From the IMG/VR virus record IMGVR_UViG_3300045988_037604: DNA of 64,000 bases; one strand, written 5' to 3'. Positions 43,918-54,409 of this stretch are shown here, piece after piece (within the stretch, counting starts at the first letter, position 1; each line of letters begins with the position of its first letter). A program made the translations under genes and the position numbers. The notes under the pieces are model-generated. The model was given only the letters and a program-made list of their open reading frames with translations. It ran no database searches and was not told where the DNA came from. The stretch comes from a virus.

Positions 43918-46344
43918 ATGATTGATATTAGAACTGATTTTCAATTTCCACAACAAAAAGTTAGTGGAGAAGAAAAAGCCAAACCTAAATGGTATGCTAA
44001 TAGTATAGATTATATTATTAGTCTTGGTCAAAGTATGAATGATAGAAGTGACGATGAAATTAAACTTCGTGTGCTTCATGGTGATATACCTAAAGAGTTT
44101 TATAAGAAAACTTTAAATCCTTATAATGCTAGTCAAGAAAAATATAAACATTTTCCTGCTACACTTCGTAATTATGATATAATGTCTGATATTGTTAGAC
44201 GTTATATTGGTGAATATTTTAAAGGTAATCATCAATTTATAGTTGGAGCTAATAATCCAAATATTGTTATAAATAGAGATGCTACTTTAAAGAAAAAAAT
44301 AACAGAAGCTGCTCAACAAGCTTTTCAACAAGAATTTCAAAAAAGGTATCAACAATTAGTTCAACAAGCTCGACAACAAGGTCAAAGTCCTGATAGTGTT
44401 GACCCACAAAATGCTATGCCTGATGCTGAAGAATTTATTAATAATTTTAATAGAGATTATATAGATAAAGAAAGTAAACAAGGTCAAGACATTCTCGATT
44501 ACGTTAAAGACATGACTGATGATGTTATTATTTATCTTACTAATTTCTTTAATTATTGTTCTCTTGGAGAATGTTATAGTTATTCTGAGATTCGTAATCA
44601 TAAAATATATAAAGAGTCTGTTCCTGTTCTAGAAGCATATCCTATTCCAAATAATAATATGTTTATAGAAGACCATGATATGTTTGCTCGTAAACTTATG
44701 ATGTCTTATAATCAAATAATGGATATGTTTGATAATGATTTGACAGATAAAGATAAAACTTATCTAGAAAATTATTATTCTAATTATAGAGATTCTAGTA
44801 CTACAAGAACTTTATCATATAAAGAGTTTTATGAAGCTTATAATAATGTTTGTGATAAGTTCTCTAAAGATGAAAGAAACTTTTTTAAACAAAACAATCT
44901 TGCTCCTTATAATAACAATAGTAATCTTTATGAAGTTTGGCACGTAGTTTGGAAAGGATTTGCCAAAAGAGGTATTCTTACTTTTACTAATGAAATAGGT
45001 ATGCAAGACCAAAGAGTTGTAGAAGAAGATTATCAATTAAATCCTGAAGCTGGAGATATTAATATTGAATGGATTTGGGAACAACAAGTTTATGAAGGAT
45101 ATAGAATTGGTACTCGTTATACTGGTATTTATCCTATTAAAGCTAGACCTATAGCATATCAACGTAAAGGTAAATTGCCTTATAATGGTATTATGGAAGT
45201 AATTCCTTATATGGGTAAATTTAGTATTATAAGTATAATAACTCCTTTCCAAGTTCTTAGAAATATTATAGCTTATCATCAAGAAATGGTTATAGCAAAG
45301 AATAAGATGATGATTCTTATGTTGCCTAAATCATTAATAGTAAATGATGCTGAGGATGTTATTTATAAAATGGCTGCTGATGGTACTTTATTAGTAGATG
45401 ATGAAGATGATGCAGGAGGTATTAAAATGCAACAAGTTCGTATGCTTAATGCTAATATGGGTCAATATATTACAGAGCTTACTAATTTAAAGGAACAAAT
45501 TAAACTTGAAGCTCGTGAACTTGTTGATATGAATGCTCAACGTTATGGTCAAATTGCTCAATCTGCTGGTGCTTCTACTACTCAAAATGCAATTAGTCAA
45601 TCCTCTACAGGTTCTATTATTATATTCCAAATGTTTGATGAATTTAGACGTAAAGATTATGATAGAGATATGGACTATGCCAAATTAGCATTTATTGATG
45701 GACTTGATGTAGCTTATAATGACAAAATAAATGGTAAACGACATTATCTTAGTCTTGATGTTAATAGTTTTATTAATTCTGATTATTCAGTTACAGTTCG
45801 TAATACTGCTAAAGAAGTAGATAAAGTTCAACAACTTAAACAATGGGCATTTAGTGCTGCACAAAATGGAGATTTGGAAGCTGCTCTTGCAGCTATAACT
45901 GGAGATAATGTTTCTGCTATATCTGATTCTATTAAACAGTTTACTGAACTTAAACGTAAACATGAGGAAGCAATGAAACAAGTTGACCAACAAATTCAAG
46001 AACAAGCTAATCAAATGAAGCTAGCTGAAATTCAAGCTAAAGGTGAACAAGATAGACAAACTCTTGCACTTAAAGCACAATATGATTTACAACTTGAATA
46101 TGCTAAAGGCGATATAGCTTTACTTGGAGATCAAGATCCAAATAATGATGCAATAGCAACTGCTAATATTACAAGACTTCAAGAAGAAACTAAACGCGCT
46201 ATTGAACAATCTAAAGTTCAACTTGAAAGAGAAAAAATTGCTATGGATAGTTATAATGCTGCTGCCGATAGACAAGTAAAACGAGAACAAATGAAGAATG
46301 ATTTAAGAATAGCTAAAGCAAATAAAAACAAATATGATAAGTAA
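43918..46344 (+). CDS. portal protein
   Basis: 808 aa. Follows TerL. Gln-rich coiled-coil C-terminal region. The call rests on synteny and size. Confidence 0.55.
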   Translation: MIDIRTDFQFPQQKVSGEEKAKPKWYANSIDYIISLGQSMNDRSDDEIKLRVLHGDIPKEFYKKTLNPYNASQEKYKHFPATLRNYDIMSDIVRRYIGEYFKGNHQFIVGANNPNIVINRDATLKKKITEAAQQAFQQEFQKRYQQLVQQARQQGQSPDSVDPQNAMPDAEEFINNFNRDYIDKESKQGQDILDYVKDMTDDVIIYLTNFFNYCSLGECYSYSEIRNHKIYKESVPVLEAYPIPNNNMFIEDHDMFARKLMMSYNQIMDMFDNDLTDKDKTYLENYYSNYRDSSTTRTLSYKEFYEAYNNVCDKFSKDERNFFKQNNLAPYNNNSNLYEVWHVVWKGFAKRGILTFTNEIGMQDQRVVEEDYQLNPEAGDINIEWIWEQQVYEGYRIGTRYTGIYPIKARPIAYQRKGKLPYNGIMEVIPYMGKFSIISIITPFQVLRNIIAYHQEMVIAKNKMMILMLPKSLIVNDAEDVIYKMAADGTLLVDDEDDAGGIKMQQVRMLNANMGQYITELTNLKEQIKLEARELVDMNAQRYGQIAQSAGASTTQNAISQSSTGSIIIFQMFDEFRRKDYDRDMDYAKLAFIDGLDVAYNDKINGKRHYLSLDVNSFINSDYSVTVRNTAKEVDKVQQLKQWAFSAAQNGDLEAALAAITGDNVSAISDSIKQFTELKRKHEEAMKQVDQQIQEQANQMKLAEIQAKGEQDRQTLALKAQYDLQLEYAKGDIALLGDQDPNNDAIATANITRLQEETKRAIEQSKVQLEREKIAMDSYNAAADRQVKREQMKNDLRIAKANKNKYDK

Positions 46345-46351
46345 TAAAGTT

Positions 46352-46383
46352 AAGGTTCATCTATATGATGAGCCTTTTCTTTT
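46352..46383 (+). terminator. intrinsic terminator
   Basis: AAGGTTCATC (46352-46361) / GATGAGCCTT (46367-46376), 10 bp with one G.T, then TTCTTTT. Confidence 0.7.
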
Positions 46384-46396
46384 ATGTCATGATATG

Positions 46397-46416
46397 TTAT
46401 TTAATATTTTAATTTT
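46397..46416 (-). repeat. third exact copy of the 20-nt core of the shared leader element
   Basis: ttatttaatattttaatttt is identical to 24574-24593 and 30341-30360. Here it lies in the rightward block, with no adjacent leftward gene. Confidence 0.7.
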
Positions 46417-46693
46417 ATTTCTAACGTGTTGTATATAAAAATCAATATAGTTATTCATTTATCAATAATAAATCAATTAGAAACAAAATAAAACATATCC
46501 ATGCCAATATTTATACCAATTATAACTTATTGATTTATGAAGCGATAACCTATAAAGATATTAATAGAAATGAAGAAGCAGATAATGTTTGAAGTCAGTA
46601 ATAGGTTTCACGTGTTCATTATATAAATGCTAATCAAAATAATAATAAATATTAAATAAGTACTTATGGTTATCATAATTAAAATAAAGCTAT

Positions 46694-46701
46694 TACATTT
46701 G
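46694..46701 (+). promoter_or_regulatory. candidate Bacteroidota-type -7 box (rightward)
   Basis: TACATTTGCAGCA, 54 nt before the ATG at 46755 and downstream of the terminator at 46352. Confidence 0.5.
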
Positions 46702-46754
46702 CAGCAACTAACGATTGTTAGACTAATTTGATTAATTAATTAAAAGTTTTTATT

Positions 46755-48107
46755 ATGTTTGTATTTCGTAATACTTTAGGTTTTTACCAACATAAAAGAC
46801 TTCAAAGTCCTGTTGGTGATATTGATTTTACTGGAGATGGTGGTGGTGTTACACCTCCTCCTTCAAATCCTCAAGATTCTCCTGATATAAATGGAGGTAA
46901 AGGAAGTGACATTAATGGTAATGACAATCCTGATAAAGATAATGATAAAGATAATCCTGATGGTGGTACAGAACCTCCTGCTAATGGTGGAGAAGGAAAA
47001 GATGGAAAAGGTGAAAAAGATAACAACCCTTCTACGGGGGAGCTTGAAGAAGGAACTAACATCGAATTAGATGGTGTGACTTATACTGTCGATAAAGATG
47101 GAAATGTTGTAGATGCTGATGGTAAGATTTTTAAAGAAGCTAAGTATGTTCAAGAATGGCTTAAAACTTTTAATGTAGATAATCAAAATCCTGAAGATAA
47201 AGAATTATCTATTGCTTCTATTCAAAAAGCTATTGGTGAAGAAATTGTTGATGAAAAAGGTCAACCTATTGAATTTACAAATGATGTAGAAGGAGTTAAA
47301 TCTTATATAGATAATGTTATTGCTCTTCGTTCTAATGAACTTCAGCAAGCAGCAGTTAATAAAGTATTTAATGATAATCCTATTCTCGCTCAATTTGCTA
47401 ATTATTTAGCTGTTACTGGTTCTCCTAGAGGCTTTGGAGAAATGCCTGATAGAAGTGGTATTAAACTTGATGCTAATAATGAAGAACAACAAATTGCTAT
47501 TATTAAAGCCGCTGCTAAAGAATTTGGAAATACTACACTTAATGATAATTACATTAAGTATTTGAAAGATGGTGGTGGACTTTATGATGAAGCTAAACTA
47601 CAGCTCCAAAATCTTCAAAATGCTGATAAACAACGTAATGAGGAATATGCTCGTCAAGCAGAAGCTCAACGTAAAGAAGAAGAAGAAGCTACTAATACCT
47701 ATTGGGAAAATGTTCATGAAAAACTTAATTCTCATAAGATTGGTGAATATCAACTTCCTGAATCTTTTGTTCGTGAAGTAAATGGTCAAAAAATTACTAC
47801 TACTATTGACGATTTCTTTAATTATATTTATAGAACTACGGAAGACGAAGATGGAAATTATACAACTGCTTATCAAAAAGACTTAAAGTCTAGAACAGCA
47901 GATGATAATATTAATGAACAACTTATTGCTGCATGGCTGACTTTTACAGGAGGAAGTTATAAAGACCTTGTGAATATGGCTGTTAGAGAAAAAGAAGTTA
48001 AAACTCTAAGACTTAAAGCTAAGGAAAATGATGGTCGTAAAACTGTTGTAATTACTAAACCAGCAAATGCTAATAAAACAATAGATATAGATAATCTAGT
48101 GTTTTAA
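46755..48107 (+). CDS. head-associated protein (scaffold-like?), disordered acidic N-terminus
   Basis: 450 aa. The first ~110 aa are G/D/N/P-rich. Has a coiled-coil segment QRNEEYARQAEAQRKEEEEA. Located between the portal and MCP genes. Confidence 0.55.
   Translation: MFVFRNTLGFYQHKRLQSPVGDIDFTGDGGGVTPPPSNPQDSPDINGGKGSDINGNDNPDKDNDKDNPDGGTEPPANGGEGKDGKGEKDNNPSTGELEEGTNIELDGVTYTVDKDGNVVDADGKIFKEAKYVQEWLKTFNVDNQNPEDKELSIASIQKAIGEEIVDEKGQPIEFTNDVEGVKSYIDNVIALRSNELQQAAVNKVFNDNPILAQFANYLAVTGSPRGFGEMPDRSGIKLDANNEEQQIAIIKAAAKEFGNTTLNDNYIKYLKDGGGLYDEAKLQLQNLQNADKQRNEEYARQAEAQRKEEEEATNTYWENVHEKLNSHKIGEYQLPESFVREVNGQKITTTIDDFFNYIYRTTEDEDGNYTTAYQKDLKSRTADDNINEQLIAAWLTFTGGSYKDLVNMAVREKEVKTLRLKAKENDGRKTVVITKPANANKTIDIDNLVF
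47027..47045 (+). repeat. GC-rich dispersed motif copy (inside ORF)
   Basis: cccttctacgggggagctt, encoding PSTGEL. Confidence 0.9.
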
Positions 48108-48137
48108 CTTATTGTTTAACAAATAAATTTATTAATT

Positions 48138-49613
48138 ATGTATGCGTTAAGAGAAGTACAACGTGGTAATTATGACGATAGAGGTTATTCTAATGAAGAG
48201 ACTATCGCTCATCTTATGCTTAGTAAACCTTCTGAGATTAATTCTACTCTGACCTATACTTTTGGTATGGACGATGATAGATTTCCTCTTAATTTCTTGA
48301 CTGAGGGTCAAGGTAAAGAAGGTGTTGTAGATATTACTACTGTAGATTGGACTTGGAAGACTATGGGTCGTATGAAGTTTAACGATTCTGTTCTTTGGGT
48401 TGCTAGTAAAACAAATGTTGGTAAAGGTGGTGTAACATTTGAAATTGAGTTTAAGACTCATTGGTTTATTGAGCAATATGGTTTGGTTGCTCCTGATGGT
48501 AAAACTCAAGTTCGTATTATGAAAGACCTTGGAGCTGGTACTCATGGTGGCTATCTTTATCGTCTTCGTCTTACTACCCCAGACCCTAATGCTTTTGTTA
48601 ATGAGGAGAATCTTGAAACAGGAAAGTATTGGTCTATGACTGCTCCTACTATTCCACAAAGTTATTCTAAGGGTAATAGAACTAATGTCATGGGACCTGG
48701 TAAGATGACTAGTCAACTTGAGTTCCATAGATTTTCTAAGGAGATTGCTGGTAATCTTGCAAACACTGTAGTTACTTATGAGTTTAAGACTAAAGGTGGT
48801 GGTACTACTAATCTTTGGATTAATGAAGAGATGCGTCAATTTGAGCTTCAGCAACGTGTAGTTAATGAAGAGCGTCTTTGGTTTGCTGAGTATAATAAGA
48901 GTGTAAATGGTGAGATTACTCTTGTAGATGAAGATAATAATCAACCTATTCCTCATACTGCTGGTATGCAACAAATTTGTGATGAATCTAATTATGATAC
49001 TTATGGTGAGGAACTTACTCTGAATAAGATTTCTCGTACTATCGGTGATGTTCTTGACAAAGATACTGATACTGGTAATATGAATGTAGTTCTTCTTTGT
49101 GGTAAGGGCTTCTTTGAAGATTTTGATAGAGCTATTAAGAATGATGCTAAGGATAGTGGTTTCCTTACTCCTCTTGGTGATAAGATGATTGGAGAAGAAG
49201 GTGGCGATTTGACTTATGGTAAGTACTTCCGTAAGTATAAGACTGTAGATGGTCATATTGTTACTTTGAAAAATATGTCATTCCTTACTAAGGGCACTAT
49301 GGCTGAGAATGATAAGGCTAATGGTCGTATCCATCCTCGTACAGGTCTTCCTATTAGTTCTCACCAAGCATTTATGATTGACCTTTCTTCTTATGATGGA
49401 CATCAGAATGTTCGTAAAGTTCGTATGAAGGGTCAAGAACATATCGCTGGTGTTATTAAAGGACTTTCTCCAATTCCTGCTTCTTGGGGTGCTGTTCCTA
49501 CAAATAGTTTTGCAACAGATGTAGATGTATCTCGTTATGAAGTTAAGGATTCTTATGGTCTTCAAGTAGATAAGGCTACTAAGTTCTTCCATTTAAAGTG
49601 TATTCTCGATTAA
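48138..49613 (+). CDS. major capsid protein
   Basis: 491 aa. Higher GC and biased codon usage. Position after portal and a scaffold-like gene. Size fits crAss-type HK97-fold MCP. No search was possible. Confidence 0.55.
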   Translation: MYALREVQRGNYDDRGYSNEETIAHLMLSKPSEINSTLTYTFGMDDDRFPLNFLTEGQGKEGVVDITTVDWTWKTMGRMKFNDSVLWVASKTNVGKGGVTFEIEFKTHWFIEQYGLVAPDGKTQVRIMKDLGAGTHGGYLYRLRLTTPDPNAFVNEENLETGKYWSMTAPTIPQSYSKGNRTNVMGPGKMTSQLEFHRFSKEIAGNLANTVVTYEFKTKGGGTTNLWINEEMRQFELQQRVVNEERLWFAEYNKSVNGEITLVDEDNNQPIPHTAGMQQICDESNYDTYGEELTLNKISRTIGDVLDKDTDTGNMNVVLLCGKGFFEDFDRAIKNDAKDSGFLTPLGDKMIGEEGGDLTYGKYFRKYKTVDGHIVTLKNMSFLTKGTMAENDKANGRIHPRTGLPISSHQAFMIDLSSYDGHQNVRKVRMKGQEHIAGVIKGLSPIPASWGAVPTNSFATDVDVSRYEVKDSYGLQVDKATKFFHLKCILD

Positions 49614-49633
49614 ACTTATAAAATATAAAAGCT

Positions 49634-50743
49634 ATGACTGATATTAAAGTTAATATACCTACTAATAGTCAACAAAATAGTAAAGAGTCTTCTAATAATG
49701 AAGCTCCTAAAACTGACACTAAGGCTGATGTTAAAACAGATAAAGCTGCTGAACTTGATGAGGAATATACAGAAGTTAAGAAAGTAATAATTGCTTCTAT
49801 TGCTAGAGTTTCTGCTTATCGAGCTATTAATAGTTTAGCTATCGGTAAACCAAAAACTGTAATTGGTAGTTCAATAAATTCTACTCGTAAACTTATTGCT
49901 AATAAAGGTGAAGTAGAAGCTTATTACCCTGAACTTGTTGGTATGTCAGCTAATAATCCTGATTTTATTACTACAGTTAAACGTTATTTAAGTAATATTC
50001 AAATTGTAGTAGATGGACAAAAAGAACTTGATGCTTCTTTTGTTTATTATCATAAGAAGGATTATTTAGATATTAAGAGTAAGCTTGATGCTGTTGAAGC
50101 TAAGTATAATAATTCAAATAAAACTGAAAAAGATGCTTCTCTTCGTAATGACGAAATTAATCGTATTGAATCTACAAAGTATAAATATGGTTATCCAATA
50201 AATTATGCTGAATATATTGCATATCGTCATTGTCTTCTTTATGGTGAAGTAGCTAAAGATACTAGCTTTATCGGTGGTAATCCTAATCTTCGTTTTTATA
50301 TTAAAGATGTTGCTAAGGAGAAAGAACGTCAGAAGAAACTTCTTATTTCTCGTAAGAAAGCTATGACCAACTTTATTGAAGTAAATGCTTCACCTGATAA
50401 GATGACTGCAATTTATGTTGCATATCTTACATATAAACATAGAAATATTGCTATTGGTCTTGCTAATGATGTTTCTGTACGTGAACAAGAACTTATTAAC
50501 TTTGTTAATGAAGACCCAAATAAGTTTAACTCTTTTGTTGAAGATAAAAATATTCAAGTTAAGTGTTTTGTAGAACTTTGTGTTGCTAGGGGAGAACTTG
50601 TTAGGTCAGAACTTAATCAACAGATTTCTACTCCAGATGGTCAGTTTATTGGTGAGAATATGAATGCTGCTGTAGCTTATTTCAACAATCCAAATAATGC
50701 TGCCATTAAAACACAACTTGAAAATAAGATGAAACTTATTTAA
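49634..50743 (+). CDS. virion structural protein (putative)
   Basis: 369-aa ORF directly after the MCP gene. Confidence 0.55.
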   Translation: MTDIKVNIPTNSQQNSKESSNNEAPKTDTKADVKTDKAAELDEEYTEVKKVIIASIARVSAYRAINSLAIGKPKTVIGSSINSTRKLIANKGEVEAYYPELVGMSANNPDFITTVKRYLSNIQIVVDGQKELDASFVYYHKKDYLDIKSKLDAVEAKYNNSNKTEKDASLRNDEINRIESTKYKYGYPINYAEYIAYRHCLLYGEVAKDTSFIGGNPNLRFYIKDVAKEKERQKKLLISRKKAMTNFIEVNASPDKMTAIYVAYLTYKHRNIAIGLANDVSVREQELINFVNEDPNKFNSFVEDKNIQVKCFVELCVARGELVRSELNQQISTPDGQFIGENMNAAVAYFNNPNNAAIKTQLENKMKLI

Positions 50744-50755
50744 ATAATATAAGTT

Positions 50756-51601
50756 ATGGATATACAAGAAATGCACGTGATGTTCAGGCAGTATGCTCAA
50801 CAAATGGGTATGCAGAACGTCCGTGCAATTCTCCCTGAACAAATTGACTTGTTAATAAATAATAGTATTAATGATACTATTAATCAGATTGTGACTCAAA
50901 ATATTGGTATTACTAATGATAGAGTTATAACTGATAATTCTAAGCTTAATCAAGTCAATGCTCTTAAATCTCTTTATAAAGTATGGAATGGTACTGTTAC
51001 TTTTGGTGATTCTAAAACTTCTTATATTATAAGTTATGAATTGCCTTTATTAGGATTTAAAAGTGCTGGAACTTATTTAAACGATAATGTTAAAGAAACT
51101 GCTATTCAATATATTTATATTGTAGATTTAAGTCTTGATTATAATGATACTAAAAATCAATTTACTACTAATATTTTTCCAATTCGTATAATTGATGATA
51201 TGTATTTGGCAGATGTAGTAAATGATTTTATACTTCATCCTACACTTAGAAGTCCTGTAGCTACAATACATGATAATAATATTGAACTTTATATAGATAA
51301 AGCAGATGCTGGAGGAAGTAAATCTAATCACACTTTTAAAGGTTTAAAACCTAATAAACTAAGATTATCTTATATAGCTAAACCTGCTGTAGTTAAATTC
51401 TTAGATGATGTTGGTGGAACAAGTGTTGATTGTGACCTTCCTGAATATCTTCATGTTGATATTGTTAAACACGCTGTAGAACTTTATAGGACTGCTGTAA
51501 CTGGAAGTATAGCTGTTACTCAACAAGCTCAAGAAGCTCAACAAAGGGAGAATTTAAGAAACAATTATCGTCAAAGCGATAATGATAATAGTAATCGTTA
51601 A
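50756..51601 (+). CDS. virion structural protein (putative)
   Basis: 281-aa ORF in the head/tail array. Confidence 0.55.
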   Translation: MDIQEMHVMFRQYAQQMGMQNVRAILPEQIDLLINNSINDTINQIVTQNIGITNDRVITDNSKLNQVNALKSLYKVWNGTVTFGDSKTSYIISYELPLLGFKSAGTYLNDNVKETAIQYIYIVDLSLDYNDTKNQFTTNIFPIRIIDDMYLADVVNDFILHPTLRSPVATIHDNNIELYIDKADAGGSKSNHTFKGLKPNKLRLSYIAKPAVVKFLDDVGGTSVDCDLPEYLHVDIVKHAVELYRTAVTGSIAVTQQAQEAQQRENLRNNYRQSDNDNSNR

Positions 51602-51614
51602 AATTTAAATAATT

Positions 51615-52562
51615 ATGAAACAACTTTTTATTATACCTAGTGGTACTGCTTATCCTACTGAGGCTACAGTAGCTACTGATGGTACTAAGCTTTTAGCTGG
51701 TCAAATGGCTTTTACTCAAATGGCTGGTAGTGGTGATAATAGGATTCCTACTCTTATCGGTAAAGATGCTAAGGTTGATAAAGGTAAGGCTGAAATGAAA
51801 GAAGATGATATTTTCTTTATTTATGGTCGTGGAGAAAATAGTCAAGTTATTACTGGTGTAATTGATGCACTTACTCATACTGTAACAAAAGCTACTCCTA
51901 AAGCTGGTGTAAAGTTTAGTCGTGAAATTACTCTTCCTATTCCTGAAAAAGGACTTAATTATAGTCTTGAACTTCAGAAGAAAGGTGTAGTTTTCCATGA
52001 ACGTAATCTTTGGACTGTTACTGACACTTATCGTCAAGGTAAAGTTACAACTGCTGAACAACTTGCTAAATCTCTTGGTGAACAATTTAAGAATATGGCT
52101 GATAATGGTGAGTTGAATATCACAGTTACTATTACAGATGCTAAAGTTAAGATTGAAGGTAAAGATTATCAAGATTGGGATTTTGAAGCTGTAGATGATG
52201 CTTATGGTTTGGTTACACTTGGCGAACAAACTCAAGCTCAAGCTCCAGTTGGTGACAAGAATTATGTTAAGAATCTTGCTTCTGTTTGTGCTCAAAATCG
52301 CGGTTTTGACAATACTTATGCTGATGGTGCTACTATCTATCCAGGTTATCCTATGGAATTAAGTGATGATTGGTATGACATTTATACCATTCATTACAAG
52401 TATGGTCGAAAAGCTTCTCGTACTCGTGATGAGGCAATATGGCAAGATGTTATTATTGCTGTAGGTCGTACTAAGGGTGATGATTCTACACTTGCTAATG
52501 CTAAAGAAAATGCAGATTATAGTGCTGCTATTCCAGCTATCTTTGTAGTTGATAAGGCGTAA
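51615..52562 (+). CDS. virion structural protein (putative), GC-richer codon usage
   Basis: 315-aa ORF followed by a terminator-like hairpin. Confidence 0.55.
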   Translation: MKQLFIIPSGTAYPTEATVATDGTKLLAGQMAFTQMAGSGDNRIPTLIGKDAKVDKGKAEMKEDDIFFIYGRGENSQVITGVIDALTHTVTKATPKAGVKFSREITLPIPEKGLNYSLELQKKGVVFHERNLWTVTDTYRQGKVTTAEQLAKSLGEQFKNMADNGELNITVTITDAKVKIEGKDYQDWDFEAVDDAYGLVTLGEQTQAQAPVGDKNYVKNLASVCAQNRGFDNTYADGATIYPGYPMELSDDWYDIYTIHYKYGRKASRTRDEAIWQDVIIAVGRTKGDDSTLANAKENADYSAAIPAIFVVDKA

Positions 52563-52578
52563 TATAAAACCAATAATG

Positions 52579-52615
52579 CAGCTCTTCTACGGGGGAGCTG
52601 TATTTATTTATTTAT
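52579..52615 (+). terminator. terminator-like hairpin built from a GC-rich motif copy
   Basis: CAGCTCTTC-TACG-GGGGAGCTG (52579-52600), a 9-bp stem including two G.U pairs with a UACG loop, followed by tatttatttatttat. Confidence 0.6.
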
Positions 52616-52625
52616 GTAAAATACT

Positions 52626-53249
52626 ATGGGTGACTTTAATGAAGTTAATCAAGTAGTTAATGATGCTATTAAAGATTCATCTTATATTACGGTTTTAATA
52701 AGTAGTGGAATTTATATAGCTTATACTCTTATAGTTAAAATAGTTGATTTGTTTAAAGCTAAAGATAGAAATAAGCCTATTATCGAAATGGCTTCTGCTA
52801 TCAAACAAGTTAGTGAAAACGTAGTTAAACTTAATGGAGTTTTAGATAAAGCTTTCCAAGATGCTGAAAGTAAAGAACAAGATAAAATAAAAAATGTTAT
52901 TGTATTAGGTTTTGATAGTTTTAAAGTTAATGTGAGTAATATTTGTAATAGTATTATAATTCACAATAATATTGATACTAATAAAGACTTAATAAAACAA
53001 AATGTTTTTAGATTAGTAAGTACTGAATATTATAAACTATATAATGTTTTTTCAGCTTATGAAATAAATGGAGTTAATATTTCTACCAAACTTAAAGATG
53101 AATGGATAGATGATATAACTAAAGAATGTTTAGATATAATCTATAATGGTCAAGATGCTTTAATTAGAATTAGTCAACTTACTAATCGTCTTGACATTAT
53201 TGCAGATGAACATTCTGTTTTTGTAAATAATAAAGTTTTTAATCATTAA
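52626..53249 (+). CDS. hypothetical protein with N-terminal TM helix
   Basis: 207 aa with YITVLISSGIYIAYTLIV. Confidence 0.55.
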   Translation: MGDFNEVNQVVNDAIKDSSYITVLISSGIYIAYTLIVKIVDLFKAKDRNKPIIEMASAIKQVSENVVKLNGVLDKAFQDAESKEQDKIKNVIVLGFDSFKVNVSNICNSIIIHNNIDTNKDLIKQNVFRLVSTEYYKLYNVFSAYEINGVNISTKLKDEWIDDITKECLDIIYNGQDALIRISQLTNRLDIIADEHSVFVNNKVFNH

Positions 53250-53261
53250 TAAGATGTTCTT

Positions 53262-53486
53262 ATGAATAATGATTTAGCTATAAAGAAATCTCAAAGTAAC
53301 CTTGAGAAGATTGAAGTTAATATAGTTAAGACTATAAACGCTTTGTCTTCTCAAGGTTATTTAGTTAATACAAGTAAAGTTCTTAAACTTAGTGTAATTC
53401 AAATGGTTAAACATTGCTATGAAAATATTACACTTCTTACAGATAGAGAAGTTAATAATTTAAGTGATGTAGTGATTAATATTTAA
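53262..53486 (+). CDS. hypothetical protein
   Basis: 74-aa ORF. Confidence 0.5.
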   Translation: MNNDLAIKKSQSNLEKIEVNIVKTINALSSQGYLVNTSKVLKLSVIQMVKHCYENITLLTDREVNNLSDVVINI

Positions 53487-53495
53487 TATAATAAT

Positions 53496-54062
53496 ATGAA
53501 TGATAATATAAATAACCCCCCCGTAGAAGGTATGGATGCTTCTACACTTAATGCGGTTAATTCTCCATATAATGAAGTTTATGTTGAGAATGATGAATAT
53601 GATGCAGGTACTAATATAGATGTTGAAGTTGTATATCTTACTATTCCTACTAAATGGATTCCTGTTTATCGTAAATTACTTAGTCTTGTAGCTAATGGAG
53701 GTAAAGCTATTCTTGATGATTGTAATTATGGTTGCAAAGGTAATGGTAGTATTGTATTTAATTGTTGGAATATATTTCAATCTGCTTGTGCTGCTCATAC
53801 TGAAGGAAAAGAAGATGAAGCAAATTTGTTTATAGATTATGTTTCTAAACAAATAGATGCTTATAATAAATCAAATAGTATTATAGTAAATGATAGTAAT
53901 TTTAAATATACTATTACTCCTGATGGTAAAGCTAAAGCTGATGGAGTTATTGAAGATAATGTTGTAAGTTTAAGTCTTGATAAAGAAAATAAAGAAGCTT
54001 ATGATAATTATCAAGCAAATAAAGATAATGGTAAAATTTATGTTGAACAAGATAATGAATAA
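53496..54062 (+). CDS. hypothetical protein
   Basis: 188-aa ORF. Confidence 0.55.
   Translation: MNDNINNPPVEGMDASTLNAVNSPYNEVYVENDEYDAGTNIDVEVVYLTIPTKWIPVYRKLLSLVANGGKAILDDCNYGCKGNGSIVFNCWNIFQSACAAHTEGKEDEANLFIDYVSKQIDAYNKSNSIIVNDSNFKYTITPDGKAKADGVIEDNVVSLSLDKENKEAYDNYQANKDNGKIYVEQDNE
53514..53532 (-). repeat. GC-rich dispersed motif copy (inside ORF, codons 7-12)
   Basis: aacccccccgtagaaggta, encoding NPPVEG. Confidence 0.9.
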
Positions 54063-54066
54063 TGTT

Positions 54067-54354
54067 ATGTTTAAAATTAATGATTTAGTAAATAAAGTTG
54101 GTACTGATAAATTTATTCATTTATTGGTTTGTATAATTATTGCAGAGAATGTTGCAACTTATGACGCACAAGTATTTAATCGTAATGCTATTGTTGCTGC
54201 TGCTATAGGTGTTATTACTCCTATTGTTATAGGTATTGGTAAAGAAGTTATTGATTTCTTTAGGAATGGTTTATTTGATGTCAATGATTTAAAATTTGAT
54301 ACCTATGGTGCGTTCATTGGTGGTCTGTTAGCATTAATTTTATTAGTGATATAA
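54067..54354 (+). CDS. small membrane protein (about three TM helices)
   Basis: The ORF-track ORF begins at 53977, overlapping the upstream gene. The ATG at 54067 (MFKINDLV...) gives 95 aa with hydrophobic helices. Confidence 0.5.
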   Translation: MFKINDLVNKVGTDKFIHLLVCIIIAENVATYDAQVFNRNAIVAAAIGVITPIVIGIGKEVIDFFRNGLFDVNDLKFDTYGAFIGGLLALILLVI

Positions 54355-54409
54355 AATATCAACTGAATAATTTTAGTCGTTTGTAGAACAATTTAAAATA
54401 TTAGATAAC

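Noticed and set aside
48147-49256. Long antisense ORFs: 369 aa opposite the MCP gene, 17009..17851 opposite the SSB-like gene, 35423..36109, 51693..52295, 18207..18728, and many 60-130 aa ORFs in the track.
   Set aside because: Their translations are low-complexity I/F/K/N/S-rich strings. They lie fully inside better ORFs on the other strand that carry recognisable motifs or sensible composition. Strongly biased codon usage on the sense strand depletes stop codons in one antisense frame.
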